Origin: Torpedo marmorata
Lineage: Eukaryota
Reading direction: 5' to 3'
Assembly: GCA_977017645.1 (NCBI GenBank)
Contig: OZ360219.1
Span: 233,058,001-233,122,000, forward strand
DNA: 64,000 nucleotides
In this document: positions 47,916 through 61,153 of the stretch, in pieces
How the letters are laid out: each line of letters starts with the position of its first letter
Position numbering within the stretch: position 1 is the first letter of the stretch
The notes under the pieces: model-generated
Database searches by the model: none
The model's input: the letters and a program-made list of their open reading frames with translations, nothing else
What the model was told of the DNA's origin: nothing
Made by a program: the position numbers and the translations under genes

Positions 47916-49599
47916 ACATCTTTAATTAAGAGGTTACATTCCAAGTGGCTGACATGGTGATTGTCACAATGCCACTGATATTGCGAAACACAAGATGCTC
48001 ATGAAATTGGATGCAAGAATGAATACTGACCTAATTTGTACACTCACTGAATCAATTTTTTCTCATTAATTCTGCAAAAATCAATAACATCAAAAACATA
48101 ACAGCTTAAGAAATAGGAAGATGAATGATTTCCCTTTTATAATTCTGTCCAATCATGTAACAATTTTAATATGTCTTGTTGCCATATCTTTCATAAAGGT
48201 TTCTAATAATTTCCTTACTGATTAACTGACCCAATGGCCTTTTCATTCACTGTCTTCTTCCTTTCATTAAAGGCCCAGATTCCAAGTTAAATTAGCAGTC
48301 TCAGTTGTGACATGTGAGTAGATCTTGGTACAGGGAGGATATGGGCAGTTGGAATTATTGGATTAGCTGGAGTTTATGCAATGTGAATCATTTCAGATCA
48401 GTAGAGCAGCATTGGAATCATTTGTGCTGTAGGTAACAAACTCACAGATGAGGGTTTCAGCAGCAGCATTGGTAACCACCATTGTTTTGGAGGTTGAAGT
48501 TTTATGATGAAGAGGATGCACTGTTTGGAGCTTAGTTGAAGGTCTAAAACCTATCCAAGATTGGAAATATGTTGGATTAGCATTCTGAAAACAAGGAAAT
48601 GGGAGAATGTTCAGGAGAGGTGATGCAAACTGATTCATCAATGTGGAAACTATTTCTAACTCTGCAAATAATATTGTCAAAGGTGATATATATTTAAGGA
48701 AAGGTTGACAATATATTTGTGCAGGATTCCAAAAATAAAGGCAAGAAATGCTGTCTGGGGGTGTGTGCATTGTACTATTTATTTCTCTTTCCTGTTTGCC
48801 CTAAGGGCTTCAAGAATCAAGCACTTAATTAGGTGCAGGGGTAAAGTAACTTGTCTCTATTTGATTGGTGTCCATGTGAATGCTGGTTTTAGGATAATGT
48901 GGCAGGTTCCAAGTGACCAAATTTGTTGAACTTATTTTATTACTGTTGGAGATGAGAATGGCAGGGCATAGAATCTGTATCAAGAAGGCAACTGAAGGTC
49001 AGAACAATAATTAAAATGATTCATCTGGCAACATTGTGCTACCCATTAGATTTCTTGTGTTAGATTCTGCTTAAAGGGAAAATAAATCTTGTTTGCTTCC
49101 AATTGGTTTTATTTTTATTCTCTTAGGATCTGCAGAGAGAAGATGACTATTCACTGGTTGATGTATATTAAAGCTTAAAATGAGTGGAGATTACTTTTTC
49201 TGCCATCTATGCCTATCTATTCTCCATTACATTTCATTGATTTTAATTAAAAACAGCTTAAGACCAGAAAAAAAACAGAAGAATTTTATTTCATTATTTA
49301 ATGAAGTAAATACAATGAACAACAATAAAGTACATGATAGAAAGCAAAATGTTTAGCAGGCTGGAGCTTACTGTGGAATTCTAGTTTTGTACAGAACTGC
49401 TGATGTGTCTCAGAATCATTGCCAGGGGTTTGAATTTCCCACACATTTGCAGAAGTCCTGAACTTCCTGGCTGCTCCTCGCAGCTGATTCTCTCTCTGTT
49501 GATTGAGATTAGGTTTGCCATAAGTCCAATGGTGGACACAAAATCACTGCAATTCCCCAACACATGCACTCAAATTGATTCCAAAAGTGAGCGGGTGAG

Positions 49600-50035
49600 C
49601 TTATGAAGAGAGATTGAGCAGTATGGGACCATACTTATTGGAGTTTACAAGAATGAGGGGGGATCTTACAGAAATTCACAAAATTATGAGAGGAACAGAT
49701 AGAAGCAGGGAAGTATTGTTTGCACTGGCAGATAAGGCTAGAACTACAACGTCAAGATTCAGAAGAGTAAATTTAAGTCAAGAGATGAGGAGGAACTGTT
49801 TCCCTCAGAAAGTAATGAATCTGTGGAACTCCCTGCCCAATGAATTAGTACAGGTAGCCTCACTAAATGTATTTAGGACAAAGATAGATGTTTAGATAGT
49901 TGGGGAGTTAAGGGTTATAGGGGATGAGAGGGTAAGCAGTGCTGAGTCCATGGCCAGATTAGTCACTACCTTATTGAATGGTAAAGCAGGCTCAAGAGCC
50001 AGATAGTTTACTCCTACTCCTATTTCTTATGTTAT
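49600..50035 (+). mobile_element. CR1 3' fragment
   Basis: RMRGDL, NLWNSLP; 3'UTR resembles 10150-10297. Confidence 0.85.
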
Positions 50036-50464
50036 TATATCCTGAGCAATCTGTTGTCGAATCTGTACTAGTGTGCAATTACTTCATGGAAAAGAATGGC
50101 TACAAGGGACAGAAGTCAAGTTAATATACATATGTTTGAATTCATTGAGTTTATTCGCATGGTATTAATTGATTAAAACTGCTTTTGAATAATTTTTCCT
50201 TTAAATTTTAACAAGACTTTTATTTACTTTATTGTTAGATTTTTTGAGGGGATGCTAAGAGACATCAGAGGTTTGACAGCCATCAAAATCAAAGAGCATG
50301 GCTTTTGTAACTGTTAAAGTATGTTTCAGCTTGTTTCAATAGCATGGCTTCTTCTGCCCATCCCAAGTGATGGTATTACTCTGTGCAAGGCTCTGCCTTC
50401 ATTTGTTATTCTGAATCAAGATGGCTTCTGGAAGCAAGGTAAACATTTATTTATTTTACAAGTT

Positions 50465-51130
50465 GAGCCCATGATTCAACATTCAATGCCCATTCCTAAT
50501 TCCCTTTGAGAAGGAGATGGTATGTCATTTTCTTGAACAGCTACGGTCCTTTTGGTGAAGGTATTCCCATCATGCTGGAGGGACAATGAAGAAATGACAA
50601 TATATTTACAGATCAATATCATGCTCAACTTGGAGGGCAACAAGCATGTTGTACTGTTTGGCATGCAGCTACTGCCCTTGACCTTCTTAGTGGGAGAGGT
50701 CACAAGCTTGGGACGTGCTGATGGAGTTGTCTGGGCAAGTAACTGCAGTGCATTTCTTGATGATCCACATTGCAGGCAAAGTGTATGGATGGTAGAAGGA
50801 ATGAATCTTTGAAGTAATAGATGGGATACCACCTTGTCCTGGGTGATGTGAAGCTTCATGAGTGATGTAGTTGTACTTATCCAGTCAAATGGAGAGTATT
50901 CCATCAGTCTCCTGAACGTGTATTAGAGATGGTGGAATCACCTGCTTTAGGACCTGCTCTTACAGATATAGCATTTATGTTGATGGCCCATAAAGTCTCT
51001 AGTCATTGGTGACCACAAAGATGTTGAGAGTAGGAGACAGGGTGATGGTAATGCCATTGAATATCAAGGATAGATGGCTGAATTTCCTTTCATTGGAGGT
51101 GGACGATAGCGAACATGAATGTCACTTGAC
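50465..51130 (-). mobile_element. Old CR1/L2-group LINE 3' fragment
   Basis: Decayed MEYSP..W motif; 3' end resembles 52478-52510. Confidence 0.55.
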
Positions 51131-54100
51131 ACTTATTATGCCATGAAAATAATTGTATGTCTAGTCTTGTGGCACCATGGGTGATTTAACTAAATTATTT
51201 TTCTTTCTGATAAACTTGATTAATTTTACTACAAATAACATGATTAACTTTAAAAATGATAGAATATTAAACATGATAATTGATCCCACGTGGAATCCAA
51301 TATTTCCTGATTATCCACGTGCTGATCATTTAACTGCAGATTTAGCATCGAAAAGCATATTTGTTAAATCTTGTGAAATAATGAAAAACGAATGCTCCTA
51401 TTTCATTGAATCAAGTGTGACAGCATTGCTTTTCAATAATTTATTTAATTGTACTCACTACAGTTAAACAGCATCACCATGTAATTTTTGATTGTGGCTT
51501 ATGATGTGCATCATGATCTCAGTTTGATTTTAAAGTAGGAAATTGTCACAATGCCAAAGAAGAGTTTGTACCCTATTACTAATCTATCAAACCTGAGACA
51601 TTGTAACTATTAAATTGCATATTTATACATTTCTGCAGAATGTATTTGTAGCTTGATTATTAATAGCAATAACTGAGTCTATAAATATACTAAATTGAAG
51701 TGATTATGTCAAATTGGTAATTATTTTTCCATCAAAAATAAAATAACCTATAAAGAAGTTGAGTACAAGTGTATCAATGTCAAAGGCTGAGGCATATCCA
51801 TTTTGGGGATATCAAACAAAAGGGTCGATTGCTTGATGTGAGGTAGGATAACACCACCCTTAATAAGCACTGTTTATTTATCTGCATCATTCATAATGAC
51901 ACAGCAATTGCTGACAACTTATTCTATAAAGTGCCACTGGAACATCTCATATTTCTGGCAGTATCTTTCAGCCAGAAAGTGTACACTGACGTAAACATAT
52001 AACACAATTTCAAAGCCAGTCCTCAAATATTGACAATGAACATATCTTGGAGGATAGTTTAAAGGTTCAATCTGCATATGGTGAAACACCAGACATGAGT
52101 GCACTTCCAGCCAGGGCAGAGAAAAGGAGTATTGATGTACACTCTTGTAATCATACCATGGCTAAATTATTATAATCTATAGATCTGGGCTAGCAGTTCT
52201 AAGCTGCAACTTGAAATCACATCATCAGAGCTGTTGAATTTAAATGCAGTTAATCAAATAATTTGGAGCACAGGATTTGATGTAAAAAGTTTCTCGTGTA
52301 CTTTAGGGTAGGCAATCAGCTGACCTTGCCTGGCTTGGTCTGTAATGTATCTCCAGTACAAGAAAAATGCGGTTGACTCTAAACTAAAATGATTAACATT
52401 CTCACATTTTTAAAGCTAATTGTGCTCTTAAATTTATTAAAGTGTTTCAAGATGCCTCAACACCAGCTTCTAAAAGGCAATTGAGGATGAGCAATAAATG
52501 CTGGCCTTGCCACTTACACCAATGTCCTGAAAATAAAGGTAATATGAGACCCAATCCAGGTGCTTCAATGGTGAGACCTGAGATCTCCGTTTAACTACAG
52601 ATCTCATTTTCATGGAGTCCATGGACCCATAGTGTGCCCTGACTGCCAACTAAGTTGATGCTGGCAGTGCTATGTAAGTGAAGAAGTATGCTGATCAGCT
52701 CTCACCAGTTTGTATTTATCTATCTTTAATGTGGCAAAAGATCCCAAAGTGCTTCACAGAAATAAAATCTAACAAATTCTGTCAGGAAGCCAAAAGTAGA
52801 TAGTAAAACCAAACAATCATAAGCTAGATTAAAGAAGTATGTAGAAAGGAACACTTTAAAGGCAGAAAGAGAGGTAGGATTCGAGAGCAAATTGCAAAGC
52901 TTGGAGCTTTCTCAGCTGAAGTCAACAGAGAACAAATATCAGAGATTCATAGGAGTGAAACACGAAGGTCTGCAGATGCTGTGAATGTAGGAAAGACGCA
53001 AAAAGGCTGGAGGAACTCAGCAGGTCATGCACCGTTCATAGGAGCTAAATATATCTAACCAACATTTTGGGCTTGAGCCATTCTTCAAGATATGAGCAAA
53101 AGGCAGGCAGGCGTTTGAATAAAAAGGCTGGGGCAGGAGGGAAGAAGGGGCAAGGGGAGGACCACAAGCCAATAGCAAAAGGTCATAATTGAACATGGAT
53201 AGGAAGACAGAAGATGAAAGGTGAAAATTAATCAGGAGAGGGGGTGGCTCTGTGAATGCAGAACTGGAGGAAAGGAGACAGAGGGAAAGGGAAAGACAGA
53301 GAGAGAGAGAGACCGGGCTAGAGAATAGGAGACATAGGGATGGGAGAAGGGGAGAGATGCAAGGGGAGGGGAGGGGAAGGGGCTAACAGAAATCAGAGAA
53401 GTCAATGTGAATGCCATCTAGTTGGAGGGTGCCCAGACAGAATATGAGGTGTTCCTCCAATTTGCAGGTGGTTTCAGTCTGGCAGTGCATGAGACCATGG
53501 ACAGTCATGTTGTCATGGGAATGGGGCAGGGAATTGAAATGGGTTGCCACTGGGAGATCCCTGCTATTGTAGCAGACAAAGGGAAGGTGCTCAATGAAGC
53601 GATCTCCCAGTCTGCGTCCAGTCTCTCCAATGTAGAGGAGGCCACAACGGGAGCACTGGATGCAGTAGATGACCCTTGCAGATTCACGTGAAGTGTTGCT
53701 TCACTTGGAAGGACGGTTTGGGGCCCCAAATGGTGGTGAGGGAGGACAAGTGGGCACAAGTGTAACAATTCCTGCCATCACAGGGGTAGGTGCCAAGAGG
53801 GGTGATTGGTGGGAAGGGAGGAGTGAACGAGGGAGTCACTGAGTAAGTGGTCCCTGCGGAAGGTGGAGATGGGAGGAGAGGCGAAGATGTGTCTGGTTGT
53901 AGGATCATGTAGTAGGTGGCGAAAAGGGTGGAGGATGATATGTTGGATGTGGAGCCTGGTGGGGTGGCAGGTCAAGGGAAATCTTGTCCTTATTGCATAT
54001 TGGGCCGCCAGGGCAGATGTGCAGGTGATGGAGGATATGCGGGTGAGGGCTGAGTTGATGGTAGTGGAAGGGAAGCCACATTTTTTGAAGAAGGAGGAAT

Positions 54101-54192
54101 CTCAGATGATTTCACATGGAAGACCTTATCCTGGGGGCAGATGCGACGGAGATAGAGGAATTGAGAGAAAGGAATGGAATCCTTACAGGGAA

Positions 54193-55496
54193 CAAGCATT
54201 AGGTATTAATGACGAAGTAGTGAAATGGATTCAACAATGGTTGGATAGGAGATGCCAGAGAGTAGTGGTGGAAAATTGTTTGTCAAATTGGAGGCCGGTG
54301 ACTAATGGAGTGCCTCAGGGTCCATTGTTGTTTGTCATATATATTAATGATCTAGATGATAGGGTGGTAAATTGGATTAGTAAGTATACAGATGATACAA
54401 AGATTGGTGGTGATGTGGACAGTGAAGAGGGATATCAAAGCTTTCAGGGGGATTTAGGACAGTTAGAAGAGTGGGCAGAAACATGGCAGATGGAGTTTAA
54501 TACTGATAAATGTGAGGTGCTACATTTTGGTAAGATTAATCAGCAAAGGTCATACATGTTAAATGGAAGACAATTGAGAAGTGCAGTAGAACAGAGGGAT
54601 TTAGGAACTCTGGTACATAATTCCCTGAAAGTTGAGTCACACGTAGATAGGGTGGTGAAGAAAGCATTTGGTATGTTGGCCTTCATAAATCTGAGTATTG
54701 AATATAGGAGTTGGGATGTCATGTTGAAGTTTGTATAAGGCATTGGTGAGGCTTTTTTTTACTTTTTTCTTTTTTCTTTTTACTTTAGTAGTTTAGTAGG
54801 GATGGGAGGGTTAGGGAGGGGAGGGAGGGCGGGGGGGTGAAAATTTATCACAAGTATTTTGATCATTTCATATTTTACTTTATGTATTTTGTGATTTAAA
54901 ATTTTAAATAAAATATATTTTAAAAAAGGCATTGGTGAGGCCAAATTTGGAATATTGTGCGCAGTTTTGGTCGCCGAATTATAGAAAGGATATAAACAGA
55001 ATAGAGAGAGTGCAGAGGAGATTTACAAGAATGTTGCCTGGGTTTGAGTTACAGGGAAAGGTTGAACAGGCTGGGACGTTATTCCCTGGAGCGTAGAAGA
55101 TTGAGGGGTGATTTGATAGAGGTATTTAAAATTATAAAGGGGACAGATAGAGTAAATGTGGACAGGCTTTTTCCATTGAGAGTGGGGAAGATTCAAACAA
55201 GAGGGCATGGATTGAGATTGAAGGGGGAAAAGTTTAGAGGAAACATGAGGGGAAATTTCTTCACTCAGAGGGTGGTGGGAGGGTGGAATGAGCTTCCAGC
55301 CGAAGTGGTAGATGCAGGTTCAATTTTAATGTTTAAAGAAAAGTTGGATAGGTATATGGACGAGAGAGGTGTGGAGGGTTATGGGCCGGGTGCGGGTTAG
55401 TGGGACTAGATGGGAGAATGTGTTCGGCATGGACTAGAAGGGCCGATCTGGCCTGTTACTGTGCTGTAAGTGTTATATGGTTTATATGGTTTATAT
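54193..55496 (+). mobile_element. CR1 LINE, 5'-truncated, containing a short L1
   Basis: GVPQG, YINDLD, KYTDDTKIG, RRRLRGDL; tail (TTATATGGT)n. Confidence 0.92.
54753..54925 (+). mobile_element. 173-bp L1 3' end
   Basis: Matches 29540-29712; perfect 16-bp TSD AAGGCATTGGTGAGGC (54737-54752, 54926-54941). Confidence 0.93.
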
Positions 55497-56027
55497 AGGA
55501 TGTGAAGAGGTGTAATCAAGATAGCTGTGGAAGTTCGTGGGTTTGTAGAAAATGTCTTTTGAGAGTTTGTCTCCCAAGATGTAGACAGAGAAATCGAGAA
55601 AGGGGAGAGGGTTGCTACAGATAGACCAAGTGAATTTGAAGTCAGGGTGGAAGTTGGCAGCAAAGTGGATAAAGTCAATGAGCTCATCATGGGTGCATGA
55701 GGCAGCACCAATGTAGTCATCAATGAAGCAGAGGAAGTGTTGAGGAGCCTTGCCTGTGTAGGCTTGCAGCATGGATTGCTCCATGTAGCCAACAAAAAGG
55801 AAGGCACAGCTGGGACCCATGCAGATGCCAATTCATAGGATTGGAGGAGAAGAGGGAAATGATTAGTAGCAAAGGTTATGGTGTAATTAGCAAGAATCAC
55901 ACAAATGCCATTTTAACTGCATGCCTCACCCCACTGTCACCCAGCAAAAATGGTTGAAATGAGATTGAGTTAAACCACATTGGAGGTAAAACTTTGTTAT
56001 GGGTGAAATTAGAACTAGGGGCTGATT

Positions 56028-56310
56028 CAGGGGAGTAGATTTAGGACAGAGATGAAGAGAAACTGCTTTTCCCAGAGTGTTGTGAATCTGTGAAGTTCAC
56101 TGCCCAAGGAAGCAGCAGAGACTGCCTCCTTAAATATATTTAGAGAACATGTGGATTTTTGAATGGTAGGGAAATTAAGAGCTATGGGGAAAAGGCAGGC
56201 AAGTGGAGCTGTCCACAGCCAGATCAGCCATGATCTTATTGAATAGTGGAGCAGCCTCGATGGGCCAGATGGCCCACTGCTGCTCTTATTTCTTATGTGC
56301 ATATGTTCTT
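56028..56310 (+). mobile_element. CR1 3' end fragment
   Basis: Paralog of 10015-10297. Confidence 0.85.
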
Positions 56311-56686
56311 ACAGCAAATGTGGTGAAAATTTGGAATTACCGTAGTTCTTTCCAACGTCTGTATATATTGAGTCAATTAAAACTTTCATGATGGAGACTG
56401 ATCTATTTATGCCAGTTTAAGATATTGGGGGTTTGGGAGAAAAAAACCAAGAACGGTTGAGGTCTAAATCAATCATTTTATAATGCTTGCAAAAGAGGTC
56501 CAAAACACTTACCATAATGGTTTCCCCTCTTCCTCAACATTCCATGTTGTTTCATCCCTGGTAGGTGCCTGGGATGGGCTGCCAAGGTAGTGGTGGAAGT
56601 AGATTTTAGAGACTTTTAGATAGTCAAATGAATATGCAGCAAATGAGGGGATATGAATCATGTGCGCAGGCAGAAGAGATTTAGCA

Positions 56687-57652
56687 ATATATCAGTTATT
56701 TAGATTATAGAATGAATGGCTTTGTTGCCAAGTTTGCAGATGATATGAAGGTAGGTGAAGGAGCAGGTAGTGCTGAGGAAACAGGGAGGCTGCAGAAGGA
56801 CTTAGACACATTAGGAGAACGGGCAGAGAAGTTGCAAATAAAATACAATGTCGGAAAGTGTACAGTCATGCACTTTAGTGGAAGAAATAAATGGGCAGAT
56901 TATTATCTAAATGAGGAGAAAATTGAAAATACCCAGATGCAAAGGGACCTGGGAGTCCTCGTGCAGTACAGCCTGAAGGTAAACTTACAGGTTGAGTTGG
57001 TGGTGAAGAAGGCAAATACAATGCTGGCATTCATTTCAAGAGGAATAAAACAGAAGAGCAGAGATGTAATGTTAAGGCTTTACAAGGCACTGGTGAGACC
57101 TCACTTGGAGTATTGTGACCATCTTTGGGCTCCTCATTTAAGAAAGGATGTTCTGACGTTAGAGAGGGTTCAGAGAAGGTTCACAAAGATGATACACGGA
57201 ATGAAAGATTTATCATATGAGGAACGCTTGACAGCTCTTGGACTGTACTCATTGAAATTTAGGAGAATGAGGGGGGATCACATTGAAGCATTTCAAATGA
57301 TGAAAGGAATAGATGTAGATGTAGAATGGTTGTTTCCCATAGTGGGAGAGTCCAGGACAAGAGGGCACAACTTCAGGATTGAAGGTCATCCACTTAGAAC
57401 AGAGATGCCGAGAAATTTATTCAGCCAGAGGGTGGTAAATCTATGGGATTTATTGCCACAGAAGGTTGTCGAGGCCAGGTGATTGGGTATATTTAAGGCA
57501 GAGATTAATAGATTCTTGATTAGCCAGGGCATCAAAGGTAATGGGGAGAAGGCTGAGCAGTGGGACTGAGTGGGAAAATGGATCAGCTCATGATTCAATG
57601 GTGGGACAGATTCGATGGGCTGAATTTCTGCTCCTATGACTTATGGTCTTAT
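56687..57652 (+). mobile_element. CR1 LINE 3' fragment
   Basis: ORF 56712..57482: KFADD, LVRPHLEYC, LERVQRRFT; tail CTTATGGTCTTAT. Confidence 0.92.
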
Positions 57653-57859
57653 AGTTTTAAGTATCACTCAATGGTTACTGTGCTGAACTGTTCTATGTTA
57701 ACACTAATCGGATTCTTAACTGTCAGTATTGTCGATACAAGAATAGGGCACCAGCTGGTTGCAGTTTGATGAGTGGCTGACTTCCTTAATTGTACAGCTT
57801 CTCCATCATTCATCAAGATCAAGTCTGACATCTGATTAACAACGCATCACTAATCTGAA

Positions 57860-60102
57860 TGGATGAAGCTGGAATAATAACCTGCAAACAGTCGTGTCAA
57901 CGTTCCAACAGCATGTCAACTTTCCAAACAGAAGAGAGAACATCTTAGATAGGGTGAACACAAATGTCACTGAAGCATACAAGGCTGTCACCTGCCCCAA
58001 CCTCGGAAACTCAGACCGCATTTCCATTCTGCTGACTCCTGCGTACAGACCACTGGTGAGTCGAATCAAATCAGTTTGCCGGGAGATTAGAACTTGGCCA
58101 GGGGAAGCCACAGCAGAGCTGCAGGACTGCTTTGGAACAAATGACTGTCAGAGATTCAGGGAGGTGGCCACCTACAACGACCAGTTCAACATCAATGAAA
58201 ATACAAGCACAGTGACCAGCTATATAGGTAAGTGTATGGAGCATGTCATGGTGACCAAACATGACACAGCCAGGGCAAACCAGAATCTATAGCTAGATGT
58301 GTAAGTCCGTGCACTACTAATAATTCTTCGAGCAATCAGGAAGACAAATTGGACTTATGCACTGAAGATCCACAGTCAACTGTGTGACACTGGCAACATT
58401 AGGTGCATGTGGCAATGTATTAAAACTATAATGGACCACAAGTAAACCTTGCAGGTCAGTGATAATGACGCCTCCCTTCTTGACAGGCTGAACACCTTCT
58501 ACACACGGTTCAATGCGGAAAACAACACAATGTCAAAGAAAGCCTCATTCCCCCCCTAAGGAACAGGCATCCTGCATAGCCGCAGCTGAGGTGTGGAGGA
58601 TCCTACCCAGGGTGAACCCACACAAAGCAGCAGGACCAGATAACATACCTGATCGGGTGCTGAGGGACTGTGCTGACCAGCTGACTGAGCTCCTAACGGA
58701 CATCTTCAATATCTCACTCCAGCAGTCCATTGTCCCTTCAGGATTCAAGGCAGCCACCATCATTCCAGTGCCCAAGAGAGTGACGGTAGCTGAACTAAAT
58801 GACTACCATCCAGTGGCACTGATCTCCACAATCATGAAGTGCTTTGAGCAACTGGCAATGGAGCGCATCAAAGCACACCTATCAGCAACAACAGACACAT
58901 TCCAGCTTGCCTATCGGCCACATCGATCCACAGACTTTGCTATAGCCATGAGCCTCCACTCTGTCCTGATCCACCGAGAGAATGATGCCTCATACGCCAG
59001 TCTGTTGTTCATTAACTTCAGCTTGGCGGTCAACACAATCATACAGTACCTCAGAGGCTAGTGGATAAACAGACCTCGCTGGGACTCAGTACCCCTCTCT
59101 GCAACTGGATCCTGGAATTCTTGATTGAAAGACCACAGTCTGCCTGGGTAGGCAGCAAATCCTCAAGCCCCATCGCACTAGCTCACCTCAGGGCTGCCTG
59201 CTCAGCCCGCTACTGTTCATGTTGCTAACTCACGACGGACTGCCAGGTTCAGCTCAAACAGAATCAAGTTTGCGGATGACACAACGGTAGTTGGCCTCAT
59301 CGGCAACAATAATGAGTCGGCTTACAGAGAGGAGGTTGAAAGGTGTGTACAGTGTGCATTAGCAACCACCTGAGTCTCAACGTTAACAAGTAAAGGAGAT
59401 GATTGTGGACGTCAGGAGGACGAAGGACCACACCCCACTACATTTCAATAGCTCCATCGTAGAGAGAGTGGGGAGCACAAAATTCCTTGGCATCAATTTA
59501 AAGGACGACCTACAATACCTCCTCATTAGTCAGGAAGTTGCAGCAGCGCCTATACTTCCTAAGGAAGATGAGGAGGGTAAGGCTACCAGTCACCATCCTA
59601 ACAGTGTTCTACAGGAGAGAATGTCCTGGCATCATAGTATGTACAGTGTAGTATGGTAGCTGAAAAGCATCAGATCAGAGGTCAGTATGGAGGGTGATTA
59701 AAGCTGCTGAGAAGATCATTGGGGGCTCCCTTCCTCTATCGATGACATCTACAGGAAGTGGTGCTAAAAGAGGGCTCAGAGAATCATCAAGGACTCTTAC
59801 TATCCAGCCCGCAGTATCTTTGAGACACTGTCTTCTTGGAAGAAAACAGCAGCATAAAAACCAGGACTGCCAGGCTGGGAAATAGCTTCTTCCTGCAGGC
59901 CGTGAGACTGTTGAACAATCCTCGAAATCCAAAAATTATTTTTATATATATTTATTTTGGATCACTATGTATATATATCGTTTGTGTGTAGGGTGTACTG
60001 TGTGTCTGTGTGTGTGCACTCTGGTACAGAAATACGCTATTTTGCCGGGTTGTACATGTATATGTACAATCAGATGACAATAAACATGAACTTGAACTTG
60101 AA
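57860..60102 (+). mobile_element. Rex1/Babar-type LINE, decayed
   Basis: KAAGPDNIP, DIFNISL, LNDYHPVALIS, KFADDTTV; tail GACAATAAACATGAACTTGAACTTG. Confidence 0.9.
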
Positions 60103-61074
60103 TACTTTGATGGAACAATTTTCCAGATTTACACACAAGTGATTTACACTCAATGTTCAACCTCCACATGAGTGGCTACCATACTCATCTACAGAATAAA
60201 ATACAACCAAAGATCAAGCTTACTTCATGAGCACCTCCCATCACATCATTGCTCTCGAGTTCAAGAGCAGTAGGATCATGGGCTGTCAGCTCTAAGTTTT
60301 CCATCGGGTCAAGCAATTTCTTCATCATGAATAGATATAAATCCTGGAATTCTCAACCCAAAATCATAATGGGAATGATCAGCTTAAAGATGACAGTGGT
60401 TCAAGAAGATAACCACCAAACTTGCATTGAAAAAAAAAAAGAACATTTAAAGAAATAAGGTAGCAACTCAGTGAATTATTTAATAGCTGAAGTACAGACA
60501 CTCTATACAGATCTATTTTAAACAAGCTAACGAAATCCTAGCACATCATGTTTTGGAATCATTGTTAAGTATTCAATCTCACAGTTTTGAAATACCGGTA
60601 TATTGTTTTGTAGATGGATAATTCCAGATGTAGAATTAACGATTAAAAAAAACCTTCTATTTCTTTGTTCAACATTTAGTGTGGAATAGCTGTGAAAACA
60701 CAAATGTTGGTTTGCATTTCAGATTGCCAGTCATCAATTTATACCCTATTAGGCAACACCTTCCATTGAATAGTACCCAGTAACCCAAGATTGTTTCATT
60801 GGAATCATTCAAATTAGGCAAAGCTTACTGATCATCCACCTTCAGTTCAGGATCTTTAGTCAATCTGATTGAATGACTTCTTTGGAGTCAGGTACTGTAA
60901 CATTAGAAATCTGGCCCATTAATGAATTATAAACTTCCATGTTGGTTTTTCCACGGAAAAAAACATTTCAATATTCACTTGCTATTCATGCTGAACAATT
61001 CCAATTTTCTCAACAATTAACAGTTGATATTGATTACATTCAGTAATGCAGTAAAAAGAATTATAAAACTTGAA

Positions 61075-61114
61075 CCTCAACCACGGTGTCTACAGATTTT
61101 CGTGTTTTACTTTT
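61075..61114 (+). mobile_element. 40-bp Penelope-terminus micro-insertion
   Basis: TCAACCACGGTGTCTACAGATTTTCGTG matches 43911-43938; perfect 14-bp TSD TTATAAAACTTGAA (61061-61074, 61115-61128). Confidence 0.78.
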
Positions 61115-61153
61115 TTATAAAACTTGAATGCTGTACATTCTTGTACTGTGTAA

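Larger units (their letters stand above)
52953..55835 (-). mobile_element. Penelope-like element (52953-54192 plus 55497-55835) split by a CR1
   Basis: MGPSCAFLFVG, FIDDYIG, IFYKPT, IPFSQFLYLRRIC, FQVKQHFT; terminus resembles 35942-36100. Confidence 0.9.

Noticed and set aside
48390-48700. 125-aa minus-strand ORF
   Set aside because: Looks like an ancient L2-type remnant (similar relics near 52170-52950 and 30470-30620); too decayed to annotate confidently.
51177-51467. 96-aa ORF in unique DNA as a host gene
   Set aside because: No recognisable motif, AT-driven composition, no supporting splice structure.
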